Under the pieces are notes generated by a model that worked only from the letters and a program-made list of their open reading frames with translations, ran no database searches and was not told the DNA's origin. Both the position numbers and the translations under genes were made by a program. Source: an uncultured virus (IMG/VR IMGVR_UViG_3300050821_008714) (Duplodnaviria; Heunggongvirae; Uroviricota; Caudoviricetes). From it: a stretch of 64,000 nucleotides of DNA. The stretch lies in IMG/VR virus record IMGVR_UViG_3300050821_008714. The stretch is one strand, 5' to 3'. Below are positions 62,282 through 64,000 of this stretch, piece after piece (the first letter of the stretch is position 1; each line of letters opens with the position of its first letter).

Positions 62282-63925
62282 GTGGCCAAGGGACAGAGCA
62301 GTGCGGCTGCAGCGCCGGATCCGCAGGCGAACGGTTCGGCGAAGATCTACGCGTTCCCGGACATCAAGCCCGCGTCGAAGCGCGAGATCCTCGGCAAGGA
62401 GCTCGGCACCCAGTTCGACCTCGGCCAGCGGCTGTTCGCCTGGTACGGCGAGGGCGACGTATTCGACTACGGCGAGTACACCGCCCGCGACATGAAGGCG
62501 ATGTTCCGCCGGGACGGCATCTGCTCCGCCGTCGAGTCGGTGCTCACCCTGCCGATCCGCGAGGCCGAGTTCTCCATCGAGCCCGCCAAGGGCGACAGCG
62601 GGGAGACCGAGTTCGCGCGCAGCGTCATCATGACCCCGGACACCGACGGCGGCATGGCCACCCCCGTGCACGAGCTGGTCGGGCAGGTCACCAGCGCGCA
62701 GATCTACCGCCGGGCGTTCTTCGAGAAGATCTGGAAGGTCCGCGAGTCCGACGGCCGCATCGTGTACGACAAGATCGCCTTCCGGCCGCCCGCCACCTGC
62801 CAGGCGCGGTACAACTCGCGCACCGCCGTCCCGAACGGGTTCCGCCAGCAGGTCTGGCTGTTCGGCGGCAACCTTATGCTCACCAAGGAGCAGAAGGTCC
62901 CCGGATACGTCGACATCCCGAAGGTCCGGTCCTTCATCCACACCCACGGCAAGTACCGCGAGCCGCTGGTCGGCGTGTCGGAGATGGACGTCAGCTACTG
63001 GGTGTACCAGACGAAGATGAAGCTGCTGTTCCTCTGGTACTACTTCCTGGAGAACCAGGCGATGCAGCGCATCATCGCCTACGGGTCCGACCAGGCCGAG
63101 GCCAACGTCCACGCCGACGACATATCCCAGCTCAAGGGCTCCGGAGTGGTCGGCCTGATCCACCCGCCGGACAGCAAGAAGGCCTTCGAGGTCATCCCGC
63201 AGGGCACAGACGCCGGGAAGTTCTTCATGGAGGCCATGGGCTTCCTGGAGAGCTGGCAGACGCAGAGCGTGCTGGCCGGGTTCATGGGCCTGGTCGGCGG
63301 GGCGACGGGCGGGAAGGGCGCGTACTCGCTGTCGCAGGACCAGAGCGCGTTCTACCTCAAGTCCCGGCAGGCCGTCGCCAAGGAGATCGGCGAGTCGCTG
63401 AGCTACGACGTCCTCCGGCCGCTGGTCATGATGAACTTCGGGCCCGGCGCGGCCTTCCCCAACTGGAAGTTCGGCCCGCTGCAGGACGAGCAGATGGCGG
63501 CGCTGCTGACCCTGTTCGGCCAGCTGGCTGCGGCGCCCGCGCTGCACATCCCCGTGCCGGTGTTCGATCTGATCACCGAGCGGATGGCCTCTATCCTGCA
63601 GCTCGACATCGACCAGGTGCACCAGGCCCTGGTGTCGACGTCCGCGCAGCGGGCCGAGCAGATGGCGTCCAACCCGCCGCCCGGCATGCCGCCCTCGGCC
63701 GCCGGGGGGCTCGGCGCGGTGCAGGGCCTGGTCGGCGCGGCGCAGAACCTGACCAAGCAGGCAGCCGCGAAGCAGGGCGGCGTGCCCGAGGGGCTGCGCG
63801 GGGCGCCCGGCACGGGCGCCCCGCCGCCTCCGGGCGCGGGCTCGTCAGGGCCGCCGGCTCCGCCTCCTGCTCCGTCCCGCCTCGGCGCGGGCGGCCAGGC
63901 GCCGCCGAGGCCGGGGTCGGCATGA
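62282..63925 (+). CDS. Portal protein (Mu gp29/DUF935-like)
   Basis: Follows terL; GAGGAG RBS before GTG 62282; LTLPIR..FFEKIW..SVLAGF..GAYSLS..PLVMMNFG. Confidence 0.85.
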   Translation: MAKGQSSAAAAPDPQANGSAKIYAFPDIKPASKREILGKELGTQFDLGQRLFAWYGEGDVFDYGEYTARDMKAMFRRDGICSAVESVLTLPIREAEFSIEPAKGDSGETEFARSVIMTPDTDGGMATPVHELVGQVTSAQIYRRAFFEKIWKVRESDGRIVYDKIAFRPPATCQARYNSRTAVPNGFRQQVWLFGGNLMLTKEQKVPGYVDIPKVRSFIHTHGKYREPLVGVSEMDVSYWVYQTKMKLLFLWYYFLENQAMQRIIAYGSDQAEANVHADDISQLKGSGVVGLIHPPDSKKAFEVIPQGTDAGKFFMEAMGFLESWQTQSVLAGFMGLVGGATGGKGAYSLSQDQSAFYLKSRQAVAKEIGESLSYDVLRPLVMMNFGPGAAFPNWKFGPLQDEQMAALLTLFGQLAAAPALHIPVPVFDLITERMASILQLDIDQVHQALVSTSAQRAEQMASNPPPGMPPSAAGGLGAVQGLVGAAQNLTKQAAAKQGGVPEGLRGAPGTGAPPPPGAGSSGPPAPPPAPSRLGAGGQAPPRPGSA

Positions 63926-64000
63926 CCGCCCCGGTCCAGCAGCAACCGGTCCAGCAACCGGCGCAGCAACCGGTCCAGCAACCCCCGGGCCCGAGCGACG
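63922..64000 (+). CDS. Start of next head-module gene (probably MuF-like minor head protein), 3'-truncated
   Basis: ATGA overlap with the portal; 12-bp CAGCAACCGG(T/C)(C/G) repeats encoding QQP(V/A). Confidence 0.5.
   Translation, partial: MTAPVQQQPVQQPAQQPVQQPPGPSD

Larger units (their letters stand above)
1..64000. mobile_element. Near-complete, permuted genome of an actinobacterial siphovirus (Mu-type head module; no lysogeny genes seen)
   Basis: TerL and portal at the right end; protease, capsid, tail tube, tape measure and tail tip at the left end; replication arm in between; no host housekeeping genes. Confidence 0.95.

Noticed and set aside
63936..63985. 12-bp tandem repeat as a regulatory element
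   Set aside because: In-frame QQP(V/A) coding repeat at the start of the next gene

Overview
This window is almost the whole genome of a high-GC, long non-contractile-tailed (siphovirus-type) phage, most likely infecting an actinobacterium. The host is inferred from GC content and from DUF397, DUF1906 and Rpf-like domains. The sequence is permuted. It opens in an ADP-ribosyltransferase domain of the head module and runs through the Mu-type protease/scaffold, capsid, neck, tail tube, chaperones, tape measure, tail tip, fibre genes and holin-like genes (1-27 kb, +). A leftward replication/recombination arm follows (27-39 kb, -): SSB, AAA ATPase, Cas4-like exonuclease, split C5 methyltransferase, SNF2 helicase, RuvC-like resolvase and PolA. 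Next come prim-pol, a helicase and a repeat-rich candidate origin (39-42.6 kb), then about 35 small accessory genes (43-57 kb). The window ends with an endolysin/peptidase/PLD cluster, terminase and portal (57-64 kb). I saw no integrase, repressor, parAB, CRISPR array or reverse transcriptase. The most unusual elements are five: (i) two tRNA-shaped RNAs that keep acceptor and T arms but lack a normal anticodon arm, each starting at a promoter carrying a shared TTGTCATCAG motif; (ii) a free-standing copy of the helicase C-terminal domain beside an iteron/palindrome array; (iii) a possible bead-and-string fibre with a 32-repeat ruler protein; (iv) a two-frame split DNA methyltransferase with six tandem LPTP modules; (v) a family of small virion-type proteins sharing TAIGxGNL and C-terminal (G/A)(L/V)(S/T)N motifs. 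All product calls come from motif recognition by eye; no database search was run.
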